Assembly (NCBI RefSeq): GCF_003818135.1
Contig: NZ_RPOH01000017.1
Location: 28,670 to 52,669 of the forward strand
Length of the DNA: 24,000 bases
Source: Buttiauxella warmboldiae
GTDB lineage: Bacteria > Pseudomonadota > Gammaproteobacteria > Enterobacterales > Enterobacteriaceae
Reading direction: 5' to 3'
Shown here: positions 1 through 8,898 of the stretch, piece by piece
Layout of the letters: each line of letters opens with the position of its first letter
Position numbering within the stretch: the first letter of the stretch is position 1
Notes under the pieces: generated by a model
The model's database searches: none
The model's input: the letters and a program-made list of their open reading frames with translations, nothing else
Told to the model about the DNA's origin: nothing
Position numbers and translations under genes: made by a program

Positions 1-731
1 CGTGTAAGCAGTGAGCGTATCCCCAGCACTGCGAGAAGAAGGCCAGTTAACAGAAAAAGGCCCATATCCTGCATAAAGTGCGAAAGGGTAATCAGAATGC
101 GGGTTGAAAGCGGAAGTTTTTGCTGAAATTGCGTGAACTGATCGATAATTTGTGGCACCACGGCCACAAGCAGGATCACGATAACGGTGAGGGCAACCAG
201 GGTTAAAGTCAGTGGATAAACCATCGCCTGAATCAGCTTATTACGCATGGCGTGGCGAAATTCACTATCCTCGGCGAGGCGGGTCAATACCACACCCAAA
301 TTCCCGCTTTTTTCTCCGGAAGCCACCAGCGCCCGGTAGCGATTATCAAAACAGTCCGGCCAGCGAGACAGCGCAGCGGTAAATGACTGGCCTTCAGCTA
401 CCTGGGCCCGGATATTTTCTATCATCTCAGCCGCTGTTTTATGGCTGCACTGCCCAGCCACAACTTTAAGGGACCGCTCCAGGGGAAGTGAAGCGTTAAT
501 TAACGTGGCGAGCTGGCGGGTAAAAAGGAGAAGCTGGCTAGCAGGAATACGCGTTTTATGAAAAGACAGGACGCTGATATTTAATGTAGTTCCACGTTTT
601 TCATCTACTTGCAATGGGCTTAATTGCTGAGTGCGTAACCACTCGCGTACCTGTCGTGAAGTGCTCGCCTGTAAGGAACCACGATGCCGTTTCCCTGTGC
701 TATCAACCGCCAGATATCGAAATTGTGGCAT
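1..731 (-). CDS. gspF: Type II secretion inner-membrane platform protein GspF, 5' part (runs off the window edge)
   Basis: This gene is absent from the ORF track because it is truncated by the window. My minus-strand translation from the ATG at 731-729 reads MPQFRYLAVDSTGKRHRGSLQASTSRQVREWLRTQQLSPLQVDE...LLLFTRQLATLINASLPLERSLKVV...LVASGEKSGNLGVVLTRLAE. That is a typical GspF/PulF N-terminal half. The start overlaps the gspE stop (TAATG). Confidence 0.85.
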   Translation of the reverse strand, partial: MPQFRYLAVDSTGKRHRGSLQASTSRQVREWLRTQQLSPLQVDEKRGTTLNISVLSFHKTRIPASQLLLFTRQLATLINASLPLERSLKVVAGQCSHKTAAEMIENIRAQVAEGQSFTAALSRWPDCFDNRYRALVASGEKSGNLGVVLTRLAEDSEFRHAMRNKLIQAMVYPLTLTLVALTVIVILLVAVVPQIIDQFTQFQQKLPLSTRILITLSHFMQDMGLFLLTGLLLAVLGIRSLLT

Positions 732-2194
732 TATGCTTCCTCATTTCCGGAATCCGAGGTAACACGCAGTACTTCCTCCAGAGAGGTCACACCCTCCACA
801 ACGCACTCCAGCCCACGGCTCCGCAGGCTGACAACCTTGCTCGCAAAGATGTTTTCATGTTGCCCTTGATAAATAGCGATTTGCAGCTCTTTATCAATGC
901 TTAAATGTTCATGGATCGCTACCCGGCCTTTGTAGCCGGTATAACGGCAGGCCTCGCAGCCGACAGCGTGCCAGATATGGGTAACGGGTTGCAAAAAGTG
1001 GCTAAACCATGCGCACTCGCTCTTCTCCAGGGGGCGCTGTTGCCGGCATTCTGTGCATAATTTTCGCACCAGGCGCTGGGCGATTACGCCGAGTAGTGAC
1101 GAGGAGAGTAAAAAGGGTTCAACCCCCATATCTCGCAAACGAGTTATAGCACCCGCTGCACTGTTAGTGTGTAACGTGGAAAGCACCAGATGCCCGGTGA
1201 GCGATGCCTGAATAGCGATTTGCGCCGTTTCGGTATCCCTTATTTCCCCTACCATCACCACATCTGGATCCTGGCGTAAAATAGCACGCAGGCCGCGGGC
1301 AAAGGTCATCTCTATTCGGGTGTTTACCTGCGTTTGTCCTATGCCCTCCAGCTCATATTCCACCGGATCTTCGATGGTCATAATATTGCGGGTAGTGTGA
1401 TCCATCAGGCTGAGCAAACCATACAGCGTGGTGCTTTTACCGGAACCGGTTGGGCCAGTAACAAGCAGGATCCCATGCGGTTTTTGTATCAGTTTTTTTA
1501 CCTGTAACACTTCGGTAGCGGGCATGCCCATATGCTCCAGGTCAAGCCGTAGTTCACTTTTGTCTAAAAGACGTAGTACCGCACGTTCTCCGTGGCGCGA
1601 GGGCAGAGTCGATACGCGTACATCAACATTACGCTGTCCGATACGCAATGAGATGCGCCCATCCTGCGGTAGACGTTTTTCAGCAATATCTAACCTGGCC
1701 ATCACCTTGATGCGTGATATTAGCAGCGGTGCCAGTCTACGTGCGGGCTCAAGAATCGTGCGCAGCTCTCCATCGCAGCGAAAGCGGACAAGTAAACTAC
1801 GTTCAAAGGTTTCAATATGAATATCTGAGGCACTTTCACGTATTGCTTCGCTCAGGATGGCATTGATCAGGCGGATGACCGGCGCGCTGGTGTCACTATC
1901 AAGCTGCTCTGCATTTTCATCAACATATTCGGTCAGCGCCATCAAATCGATATGTTCGTCCAGCGAGTCAACCATCTCCTGAGAAATGCGGTTATGGGAT
2001 TCATAGAATTGCTTAACACGTTCGTTAAATTCAGAAACATCAAGCTGTTGAATTAAAACCTGCGCCCCTATCCTACGCCGCATATCAAGGAGCGTCTCAA
2101 GCGAAGTGTCCCCGGTTATATAGAGATGATTCCCTTCCGCTATAACCTGGTGCGTGCGAGCAAAAGAGTAATCCAGTTCAATCTTGTCACTCAT
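731..2194 (-). CDS. gspE: Type II secretion ATPase GspE
   Basis: 487 aa. It has the Walker A motif GPTGSGKST, DPDVVMVGEIRD and LTGHLVLSTLHTN boxes, and a tetracysteine cluster (CTEC...CEAC) typical of GspE/PulE. It is overlap-coupled to gspD and gspF. Confidence 0.95.
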   Translation of the reverse strand: MSDKIELDYSFARTHQVIAEGNHLYITGDTSLETLLDMRRRIGAQVLIQQLDVSEFNERVKQFYESHNRISQEMVDSLDEHIDLMALTEYVDENAEQLDSDTSAPVIRLINAILSEAIRESASDIHIETFERSLLVRFRCDGELRTILEPARRLAPLLISRIKVMARLDIAEKRLPQDGRISLRIGQRNVDVRVSTLPSRHGERAVLRLLDKSELRLDLEHMGMPATEVLQVKKLIQKPHGILLVTGPTGSGKSTTLYGLLSLMDHTTRNIMTIEDPVEYELEGIGQTQVNTRIEMTFARGLRAILRQDPDVVMVGEIRDTETAQIAIQASLTGHLVLSTLHTNSAAGAITRLRDMGVEPFLLSSSLLGVIAQRLVRKLCTECRQQRPLEKSECAWFSHFLQPVTHIWHAVGCEACRYTGYKGRVAIHEHLSIDKELQIAIYQGQHENIFASKVVSLRSRGLECVVEGVTSLEEVLRVTSDSGNEEA

Positions 2195-4164
2195 CGCGAA
2201 TCCCTGAATGGAGACTTTCCTGAGGACGAATCAGCGGGCGACGTTGAATTAAGCTGAGGTAAAGTAAGGTTTTTAGGTTTGATTAATTCATAACGATTTT
2301 CCTTTACGCGTTTACCCAGGTCGCTATTGGTTTCCTGGTAACGTTTTAAGCTCATATCGCGATAAATATTCCCTTCCTGCAAAATGGTAGGGCGAATAAA
2401 TACCATCAAATTCCGCCGGGTATTCTCGACCGAACGATAGCGAAAAAGATTGCCAATATAGGGGATGTCACCCAGTAGCGGTACCCTGGATTCAGATTCA
2501 CTTGAGGTATTATGAATCAATCCACCAAGCACAACAGTTTCGCCACTGCGTACCATTACCGCGTTCTGGATGGTACGTGTGTTAAAAGTCGGGCCGAGTG
2601 ATGAGCCGGTGCTGGAGGCATCAACGCTTGAGACTTCTTGCTCAATTTCAAGCTGGACGGTACCTGCCTCATTAATTTGCGGTGTAACCTTCAGTTTGGT
2701 ACCCACTGTTTTACGTGAAACAGTGTTAAAAACATTGTCTGCTGCTGTCGTCTGCGATCCGGATAGCACCGGCACATCCTGGCCGACATTCATAGACGCT
2801 TCTTTATTATCAAGCGTTACGATGCTTGGTGTGGAGAGGATATCATTTTTCGCATTTGAAGAGAGTGCGCTTAACAATACTCCCCAGTCGCCCCGGAAAA
2901 ATCCCATGGTCACGCCATTAAAGGCACTCAGAGCCGTATTTGAAGCAATGCTGCCTGTTTTTTCCAGCCTATCAAAGTCTGAGGCGGAGGAAAAAACCGG
3001 CAGGCCTGTTTTTGTGAATTGCTGCCCGCCGACTTTACGATTAGCCCACTGGATCCCAAGATTTAAGCCATCCCCATCCTGAACTTCAACAATAATAGCC
3101 TCGACAAGCACCTGAGAACGGGCGACATCAAGTTTGCGGATCACGTTTTCGATGGATTTACGTATTGCAGGGGAGGCGGTGAGAATAAGGGAATTCGTCT
3201 GCTCATCGGCTACAAGATTAAAATCACCATTGGCAGTACCGGGTAACATCCCCCCGCTGGCAATCTGTTGTGGTGCACTACTCATCGGCGCCGCACCCCT
3301 GGTGCTACTTTCTTTCTTTGTTAATTTTTGACTGACGCCGTTTAACACATTAACCAGGTTTTCTGCTTTTGCGTAATTTAAAGCGATAACCTGAGTATTA
3401 TCGCTATCTACGGCATCACCATCGAGACGGGCAACCAGCTGACGGATACGCTGGCGAGCATTCAATGGTCCACTCACGATAATGCTATTTGTTCGCGTAT
3501 CCGCAGTAATCCGTGCGGACGCAGCTGGAAGCTGGGCCGCCTGCTGTCCACCCGGCTGGTAAAGACTTTTTAATACGTTTGCCAGGTCATCGGCTGATGC
3601 ATTGCGCAGGGGAATAACATCCTGATTCTGCTGCCCGTCGCTATCAACCCGAATCACCAGGTCAGCAAGCCGGTTAATCACTGAAGCGCGACCCGTCATC
3701 AGTAATGTATTGGACGGTGCGTATGGTGAAATAGTACCGACACCGGAGTTGTCATTTAATTGGCTAAGTAGAGGTGCAAGTTCGAGTACGGGCACATTTT
3801 GTAAACTCAGGATGCGGGTAATAATTTCATCCCCCTGTGCTTGCAGATGGCTTGTTGTAACAGGCGCACCAGAGGACTTTGCGTTTGCTGAGCGAACAAC
3901 CTTAAACATTCCATTATCCATGGGTATCACTGAATAGCCGTAAATATCCAGCACGCTCAAGAAAAATTGATAATATTGTTGGTCATCGAGTGCATTATAG
4001 CTTCGTACGGATATCAATCCCTGAACGTCTGGTGAAACAATAAAAGTGACGTTAAGATTTTTGCTAACTATGTCAATAAACTCACGAATGTCGGTGTCAT
4101 AAAAGTTAGCATGGAATTTCTCTGCGATTGCAGACATAGTGTTAATAATGAAAAGAAATATCAC
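2191..4164 (-). CDS. gspD: Type II secretion outer-membrane secretin GspD (N-terminus or start uncertain, see findings)
   Basis: 657 aa. It has an N0 domain (FYDTDIREFIDIVSKNLNVTFIVSPDVQGLISVRSY...QYYQFFLSVLDIYGY) and a secretin core ending VPLLGDIPYIGNLFR. It overlaps gspE by 4 nt. The tracked start is a GTG that gives a signal peptide without a basic n-region. Confidence 0.9.
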   Translation of the reverse strand: MIFLFIINTMSAIAEKFHANFYDTDIREFIDIVSKNLNVTFIVSPDVQGLISVRSYNALDDQQYYQFFLSVLDIYGYSVIPMDNGMFKVVRSANAKSSGAPVTTSHLQAQGDEIITRILSLQNVPVLELAPLLSQLNDNSGVGTISPYAPSNTLLMTGRASVINRLADLVIRVDSDGQQNQDVIPLRNASADDLANVLKSLYQPGGQQAAQLPAASARITADTRTNSIIVSGPLNARQRIRQLVARLDGDAVDSDNTQVIALNYAKAENLVNVLNGVSQKLTKKESSTRGAAPMSSAPQQIASGGMLPGTANGDFNLVADEQTNSLILTASPAIRKSIENVIRKLDVARSQVLVEAIIVEVQDGDGLNLGIQWANRKVGGQQFTKTGLPVFSSASDFDRLEKTGSIASNTALSAFNGVTMGFFRGDWGVLLSALSSNAKNDILSTPSIVTLDNKEASMNVGQDVPVLSGSQTTAADNVFNTVSRKTVGTKLKVTPQINEAGTVQLEIEQEVSSVDASSTGSSLGPTFNTRTIQNAVMVRSGETVVLGGLIHNTSSESESRVPLLGDIPYIGNLFRYRSVENTRRNLMVFIRPTILQEGNIYRDMSLKRYQETNSDLGKRVKENRYELIKPKNLTLPQLNSTSPADSSSGKSPFRDSR

Positions 4165-4288
4165 AAATAATAAAAGGTATGTTTTTTCATTCCATATGGA
4201 ATTCTATGAAATATAATGTTTTTTGACTGTACTGCGGGGTGAAATAGGAGTCCAGAAAAAATAGTGCGTAAGTTTACGCATTGACTGG

Positions 4289-4747
4289 TCACTTTTTAAA
4301 GTATGAAGGCGTTTCTATCAGTAGCTCAATATCACCTGTCGGTGTGCTAAGGGTTACGGATTCTTCGTTAATTCGCGCAACAGTAACATTATCAAACATA
4401 TCCAAAGACATCCCACGTCCATAGTTAGACTGCTTATTATTTATCTTCATGATTACCCATGATAAGTCGTTGTTATTACTTTGCAAAATACCTTTTACTG
4501 TAATCATCGATGCGTAAGGAAGGGGGGTGGTACGGGGTTCGATTTGAATCTCTTTTTTGGTGACAAAAAGATTTAGCGTGCCTGGTGGCGAGGTTTTATT
4601 TAGCGGTACTTCATTATAAGGCTGAGTTGGGTTTGACGTTGAAGCAACAATTTCCCACCATTGATATCCTACAATCGTTAAAAGCGTAAGGCTTAACGGA
4701 AATAAAAAATACCATGCCGAAACCGGGATTTGTGGCCATCTTTCCAT
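4289..4747 (-). CDS. Short GspC-like T2SS protein (one N-terminal TM helix plus an HR-like domain, no PDZ or coiled coil)
   Basis: 152 aa, first gene of the minus-strand gsp operon. It has an N-terminal hydrophobic helix (WYFLFPLSLTLLTIVGY). The C-terminal segment (ITVKGILQSNNNDLSWVIMKINNKQSNYGRGMSL...VTVARINEESVTLSTPTGDIELL) resembles the secretin-interacting HR region of GspC. The call rests mainly on position and architecture. Confidence 0.55.
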   Translation of the reverse strand: MERWPQIPVSAWYFLFPLSLTLLTIVGYQWWEIVASTSNPTQPYNEVPLNKTSPPGTLNLFVTKKEIQIEPRTTPLPYASMITVKGILQSNNNDLSWVIMKINNKQSNYGRGMSLDMFDNVTVARINEESVTLSTPTGDIELLIETPSYFKK

Positions 4748-4925
4748 TTGCTGCTCCTGTATAGATTGTCCTCATGGTAAAAAAGACCGCTTAGATTTTC
4801 TATGAATAATATTACTTATCGCTGCGCGTTGAAAAAGCTGACCAACGGCGGTACGGTTACTCTTGGTTACATTTTTCGCGGGGATATTTACATCTCTTAC
4901 TCTATTAACAATAAAGGGCCTTATT

Positions 4926-6448
4926 ATGAAGAAGATAATTAAGCCAGTTAGTTTATTAATACCAATTGTGTTCTCTTCTTTTGCATGGTCGCATGGATAT
5001 GTTGGAGAACATACTGGTAATAACGCTACGTCTTTAAAGCCAGGCACCCTCGCTTCAAGAAATATACTCTGCAAAACAACTATTAATGGGAAGGGAAACA
5101 TCGGATGCGGCAGCGTAATGTATGAGCCGCAAAGTCTGGAGGCTCCAAAGGATTTCCTCAGGATGCAAATGGAAATGTAATGGGGCCAGCAGATGGGCAA
5201 ATCGCCAGTGCAGGGCATGCACAATTTAATGAATTAAATGTCCAAACTTCTTCCCGATGGTATAAAAATCCCGTAAAAGCGGGCCCTGTAGCATTAACCT
5301 GGACCTTTACCGCTAAACACAAAACGGCTCAGTTTCGTTATTTTATCACTCGCGAAGACTGGAACCCCAATCAACCCCTAACGCGCATGTCTTTTGACCT
5401 TAACCCCTTCTGTAGCGCACCTTACGGCGGCCAAATTGTACCTGAAACCTTAACTCACAACTGTACTTTACCGGCACGTACAGGCTATCAAGTGATTTTA
5501 GCCGTATGGGATGTCTCGGATACCGGTAACGCATTCTATAACGTCATCGATGTTGATTTTGGGTCGGGGGCAACTTCGCCTGGCGGGGACAACACGGTGC
5601 CTGCAGCTCAGTGGACCAGTATTGGGCAGATCTCCCCGACGTTGAATCTGAAAGCCGGAGATAAAGTGACACTTCGCGTGTTTGACAGCAATGGCGAGCG
5701 TAGCGATCTGGCACAAACTCTGCTTATTAATAGCGATAGTGAAGGGAATAGTAAAACCTGGTCCTATAACCTTGCGGTTAAAGTTAATAACTCCAGTAAT
5801 GGATTAATACGAGCAGGGCAGATTAACGGCGATAAGATTGAGCCTGTATACGATACTAACAATGTCTATGCTGCCGCTAACAGCCAGATCGTTCGTACCG
5901 AAGTACAAATTGAACAGAAACAGCAGGTAGCATCTACGTTGTCGATAGAAGGCGTCGCATCCTCTATTTCCATCACCCCAGGGCAGACCTTGCCTCTGTC
6001 TGTAGGCGTTAATGTCGGAGGGCAGCCTATGGATATCGAAGCGACTGTTTTCAGCCATGATGGCAATCAGCAGGCTTATTCCAGTAAAAAAGGTGTGAGC
6101 GGTCTGCAAACGCTTAATCTGCAACTGACTAATGTCCAGACCGGGCAATATAATTTGGTCGTTGTGGGTAAAAATGCCCAGGGAGATATCATTCAAAAAA
6201 CGCAGACATTTGTGACAACTTCCTCAGCGGATAATAGAGATAATAATCCAGCATATTCTGCTGTTTTCCCTGAAGGCATTGCAAGTTATGCGGCCGGAAC
6301 TCGCGTATTACAGCCAGCAGACGGAAAGGTATATCAATGTAAGCCATGGCCGTACAGCGGATACTGCAAACAATGGAGTTCTAATGCCAGAGGCTTTGAA
6401 CCGGGTGTCGGAGATTCATGGGAAATGGCCTGGATTAAAGTCGAATAA
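4926..6448 (+). pseudogene. gbpA: GbpA-type N-acetylglucosamine/chitin-binding protein (AA10 LPMO, two middle domains, CBM5/12), disrupted by a 1-nt frameshift near 5147-5150
   Basis: The signal peptide MKKIIKPVSLLIPIVFSSFAWS is followed by the LPMO N-terminal His (HGYV...). The first frame ends at 5178-5180. The rest continues in another frame: (GFPQDANGNV)MGPADGQIASAG...WTFTAKHKTAQFRYFITREDWNPNQPLTR...GYQVILAVWDVSDTGNAFYNVIDVDF. The C-terminal YQCKPWPYSGYCKQWS...W motif is a CBM5/12 chitin-binding domain. Confidence 0.8.
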
Positions 6449-6663
6449 ATTTTTCCGGGTCGGAATGTAATGTTCCGACCCAAATTCATGCGCTGAATAT
6501 TTAATTTTTACTGAAGTCCGCCACGGGTTTTAACGGATTACTGCATCAGATGGGTTTTCATCAGGGAAATAATTTTTTGTCATGGAAAGAAAACATACTT
6601 ACGAATTAGCGGAACATATTCAGTACGTTCGTCCTTTGTTCAATAAAAGAGGAATTTACTCGT

Positions 6664-8520
6664 ATGCATATATGCAATGGTTTTAAAGCCTCCGCGATTG
6701 TGGTGGCACTATTTTCTCCAGCTGTATTGGCTGCGTCGCCGCCCTGGCAGGAGGGGCAAAGCTATAGTGCGGGGACAACGGTAAGCTTTAACGGTAAAGA
6801 GTATCAGGCTCTGGCCGCGCATACTGCGTGGCCCGGAAGCAACTGGAATCCAGCCGATTCAATAACACTGTGGAAAATACTAAATACCTCCACGGAAATA
6901 CCACCACAAGCACCTGCTAATCCAGAGACCATTAATACACCTGCCGGTAGCCAATACCCTACATGGGTAAAAGGGGCTGTTTACACGGGGGGAATGCGGG
7001 TAATTTATAATGGGGTCGTTTATGAAGCAAAATGGTGGACCAATCAGGAATCGCCTGAAGAATCAGGTCAGTGGGGAGTCTGGAAACGAATTGGTGAAGC
7101 AACGCCGCCACCGACAACAGATCCAACCCCAACCCCAACGCCTGACCCAACCCCAACGCCTGACCCAATTCCAACGCCTGACCCAATTCCAACGCCTGAC
7201 CCAGCCCCAACCACAGGAAAACAACTCGGAGCTTACTTTGCCCAGTGGGGAGTTTATGGGCGTAACTATAAGGTAAAAAATATTGATACCAGTGGTTCAG
7301 CTAGTAAGCTTACCTTTATTAACTATGCGTTTGGCAATATCTACCCGCAAAATGGTGGCTATGAGTGCGATATCATCCATCGAGCAGAAGCGGGTAATGG
7401 TGATGGTGGTGATGCTTTTGCTGATTTTTCTAAATCATTTGAGGCAAGTGAAAGCGTAGACGGTAAAGCTGACGCATGGGATCAACCGCTGCGTGGTAAT
7501 TTTGGCCAGTTGAAAAAGCTCAAAGCAAAATACCCTGATATGAAGGTGTTTATTTCGCTGGGGGGATGGAGTTGGTCAAAATGGTTCTCTGCAGCCTCTC
7601 AGACTGATGCCCTAAGAAAACAGCTGGTGAGCAGCTGTATCAATCTCTACATTAAAGGAAATTTACCGACATATGACAATGCTGGTGGTTCTGGCGCCGC
7701 AATAAATGTCTTTGATGGTATTGATATTGATTGGGAATATCCCGTCATCCAGGGGATTGGGTATAATACCGTTAGCCCTGAGGATAAACAGAATTATACT
7801 TTATTACTGAAAGAGTTCAGGGAGCAGTTAGATGCTCTGGGCGTCGCCAATAAAAAACGGTATCCACTGACCGTCGCCATTGGCGCAGGTAAGGATAAAA
7901 TAGCCGCTACTGAGCCGAGTAAATATAGTCAGTATCTGGACTGGATAAACCTGATGTCTTACGACTATAACGGCGGCTGGCAGTATGCAGACCCGACCTA
8001 TGTACCGCCTGGGTCCAGTCGGCCAAATGCCGATCCGAATGCGAAAACGAATTTCCATGCCCCGTTATTTATCGATCCTAATGCACCGGATGCATCTGCT
8101 GCAAATGGTCCGACTAACTCGGTCGACGGTGCCGTTAAAATTCTGCTTGCGCAAGGCGTTACGCCGCAGAAAATTGTTGTCGGTATTCCATTCTACGGAC
8201 GGGGATGGACAGGTGTCCCAAATGTTAGTAATGGTTTGTACCAGAAAGCGTGGCGACCGGCAGCAGGGACCTATGAAACTGGAATTGAGGATTATAAAGT
8301 ACTTAAAAATGCTGCTGGCACATTAAGTATTCACAATGTAACAAAGCAGGCATATAAATTTGATGGATCGACGTGGTGGTCTTATGACACGCCAGCCACA
8401 ATCAAAACCAAAGTTGATTACGTGAAATCCAATAAGTTGGGCGGGGTATTTAGCTGGTCACTTGATGGCGATACCGTAGATGGAGAGCTTATGAATGCGA
8501 TGGGCGAAATGCGTAAATAA
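6664..8520 (+). CDS. Secreted GH18 chitinase with two N-terminal CBM5/12 chitin-binding domains and a Pro/Thr linker
   Basis: 618 aa. It has a signal peptide (...FSPAVLA/AS) and two W/Y-rich CBM5/12-like modules (YSAGTTVSFNGKEYQALAAHTAW..., YTGGMRVIYNGVVYEAKWWTNQ). A PT linker follows, then the GH18 catalytic motif FDGIDIDWEYP. Confidence 0.9.
   Translation: MHICNGFKASAIVVALFSPAVLAASPPWQEGQSYSAGTTVSFNGKEYQALAAHTAWPGSNWNPADSITLWKILNTSTEIPPQAPANPETINTPAGSQYPTWVKGAVYTGGMRVIYNGVVYEAKWWTNQESPEESGQWGVWKRIGEATPPPTTDPTPTPTPDPTPTPDPIPTPDPIPTPDPAPTTGKQLGAYFAQWGVYGRNYKVKNIDTSGSASKLTFINYAFGNIYPQNGGYECDIIHRAEAGNGDGGDAFADFSKSFEASESVDGKADAWDQPLRGNFGQLKKLKAKYPDMKVFISLGGWSWSKWFSAASQTDALRKQLVSSCINLYIKGNLPTYDNAGGSGAAINVFDGIDIDWEYPVIQGIGYNTVSPEDKQNYTLLLKEFREQLDALGVANKKRYPLTVAIGAGKDKIAATEPSKYSQYLDWINLMSYDYNGGWQYADPTYVPPGSSRPNADPNAKTNFHAPLFIDPNAPDASAANGPTNSVDGAVKILLAQGVTPQKIVVGIPFYGRGWTGVPNVSNGLYQKAWRPAAGTYETGIEDYKVLKNAAGTLSIHNVTKQAYKFDGSTWWSYDTPATIKTKVDYVKSNKLGGVFSWSLDGDTVDGELMNAMGEMRK
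7135..7206 (+). repeat. Four tandem 18-bp repeats (CCAACGCCTGACCCAAYY) encoding the PTPDP(T/I) linker of the chitinase
   Basis: Read directly. The copies lie at 7135, 7153, 7171 and 7189. They are in frame and lie inside the CDS. Confidence 0.85.
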
Positions 8521-8545
8521 CCTTATGCGATAAGAAATATTACAA

Positions 8546-8570
8546 GCCGCTCAAAAATAGTTTGGGCGGC
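8546..8570 (+). terminator. Hairpin downstream of the chitinase gene (possible terminator, no clear U-tract)
   Basis: GCCGCTCAAA-AATAG-TTTGGGCGGC forms a 10-bp stem with one G-U pair. It starts 26 nt after the stop codon. The following sequence is not T-rich. Confidence 0.35.
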
Positions 8571-8649
8571 AATTGCAGAGAGCAACGGCGATTCGCGCGA
8601 TGCCCGGCAACCACCGAAGGTGGAAAAATGCTATTGGGCTTTCTAACCC

Positions 8650-8750
8650 TTAAAAATCGGATATAAATTATCATCTAGTTGATAGGATCACTGTTGCTCT
8701 AATCCGGAGCAGGGAAACTGATCCTGACCACCACCGGTGAACACCTGGCG
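8650..8750 (+). repeat. Copy 1 of a diverged ~100-bp direct repeat flanking the IS3 remnant. It contains the perfect 23-mer CTGTTGCTCTAATCCGGAGCAGG at 8691-8713.
   Basis: TTAAAAATCGGATA...CTGTTGCTCTAATCCGGAGCAGG...CCGGTGAACACCTGG aligns by eye with 9621-9737. The 23-mer contains a TGCTC/GAGCA stem. Confidence 0.6.
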
Positions 8751-8898
8751 GCGCAGCTGAAAGAAACGAAGGTGGTAAAATGCCCCCTGAAACCTGGCGT
8801 CGTATCCACGCCTTCCGCAACGCTCTGATACTACCCCTCAGTGTCAGCATAGTTGTCACCCCTTCTGAAAATGAATCCAGAGGGCAACGGAGTGACAA

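Noticed and set aside
614-3937. Plus-strand ORFs 614..904, 684..869, 1428..1820, 2570..3082, 3134..3331 and 3710..3937
   Set aside because: All lie antisense to the well-supported gspF, gspE and gspD genes. They have no RBS, and their low-complexity, Arg/Ser-rich translations match no family.
4772-6470. ORFs 4772..5224(-), 5498..5716(-), 5804..6196(-), 5866..6066(-) and 6279..6470(+)
   Set aside because: They are antisense to, or out of frame within, the gbpA-like gene, whose two frames are explained by a single frameshift. Their translations have no recognisable features.
6959-8326. ORFs 6959..7210(-), 7010..7276(+), 7828..8058(-) and 7985..8326(+) inside the chitinase gene
   Set aside because: They are artefacts of the repetitive PT-linker DNA (LGQALELGQ... 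and QRLTQ... repeats) and of alternative frames of a strongly supported GH18 CDS.
8571-8700. A search for a tRNA or tmRNA gene, or an att site, at the island's left junction
   Set aside because: I found only a short CCACC-GAA-GGTGG hairpin. I could not recognise a cloverleaf-compatible sequence or a T-loop GTTCGAATC-type motif. Nothing here can be supported by eye. tRNAscan-SE or ARAGORN would be decisive.
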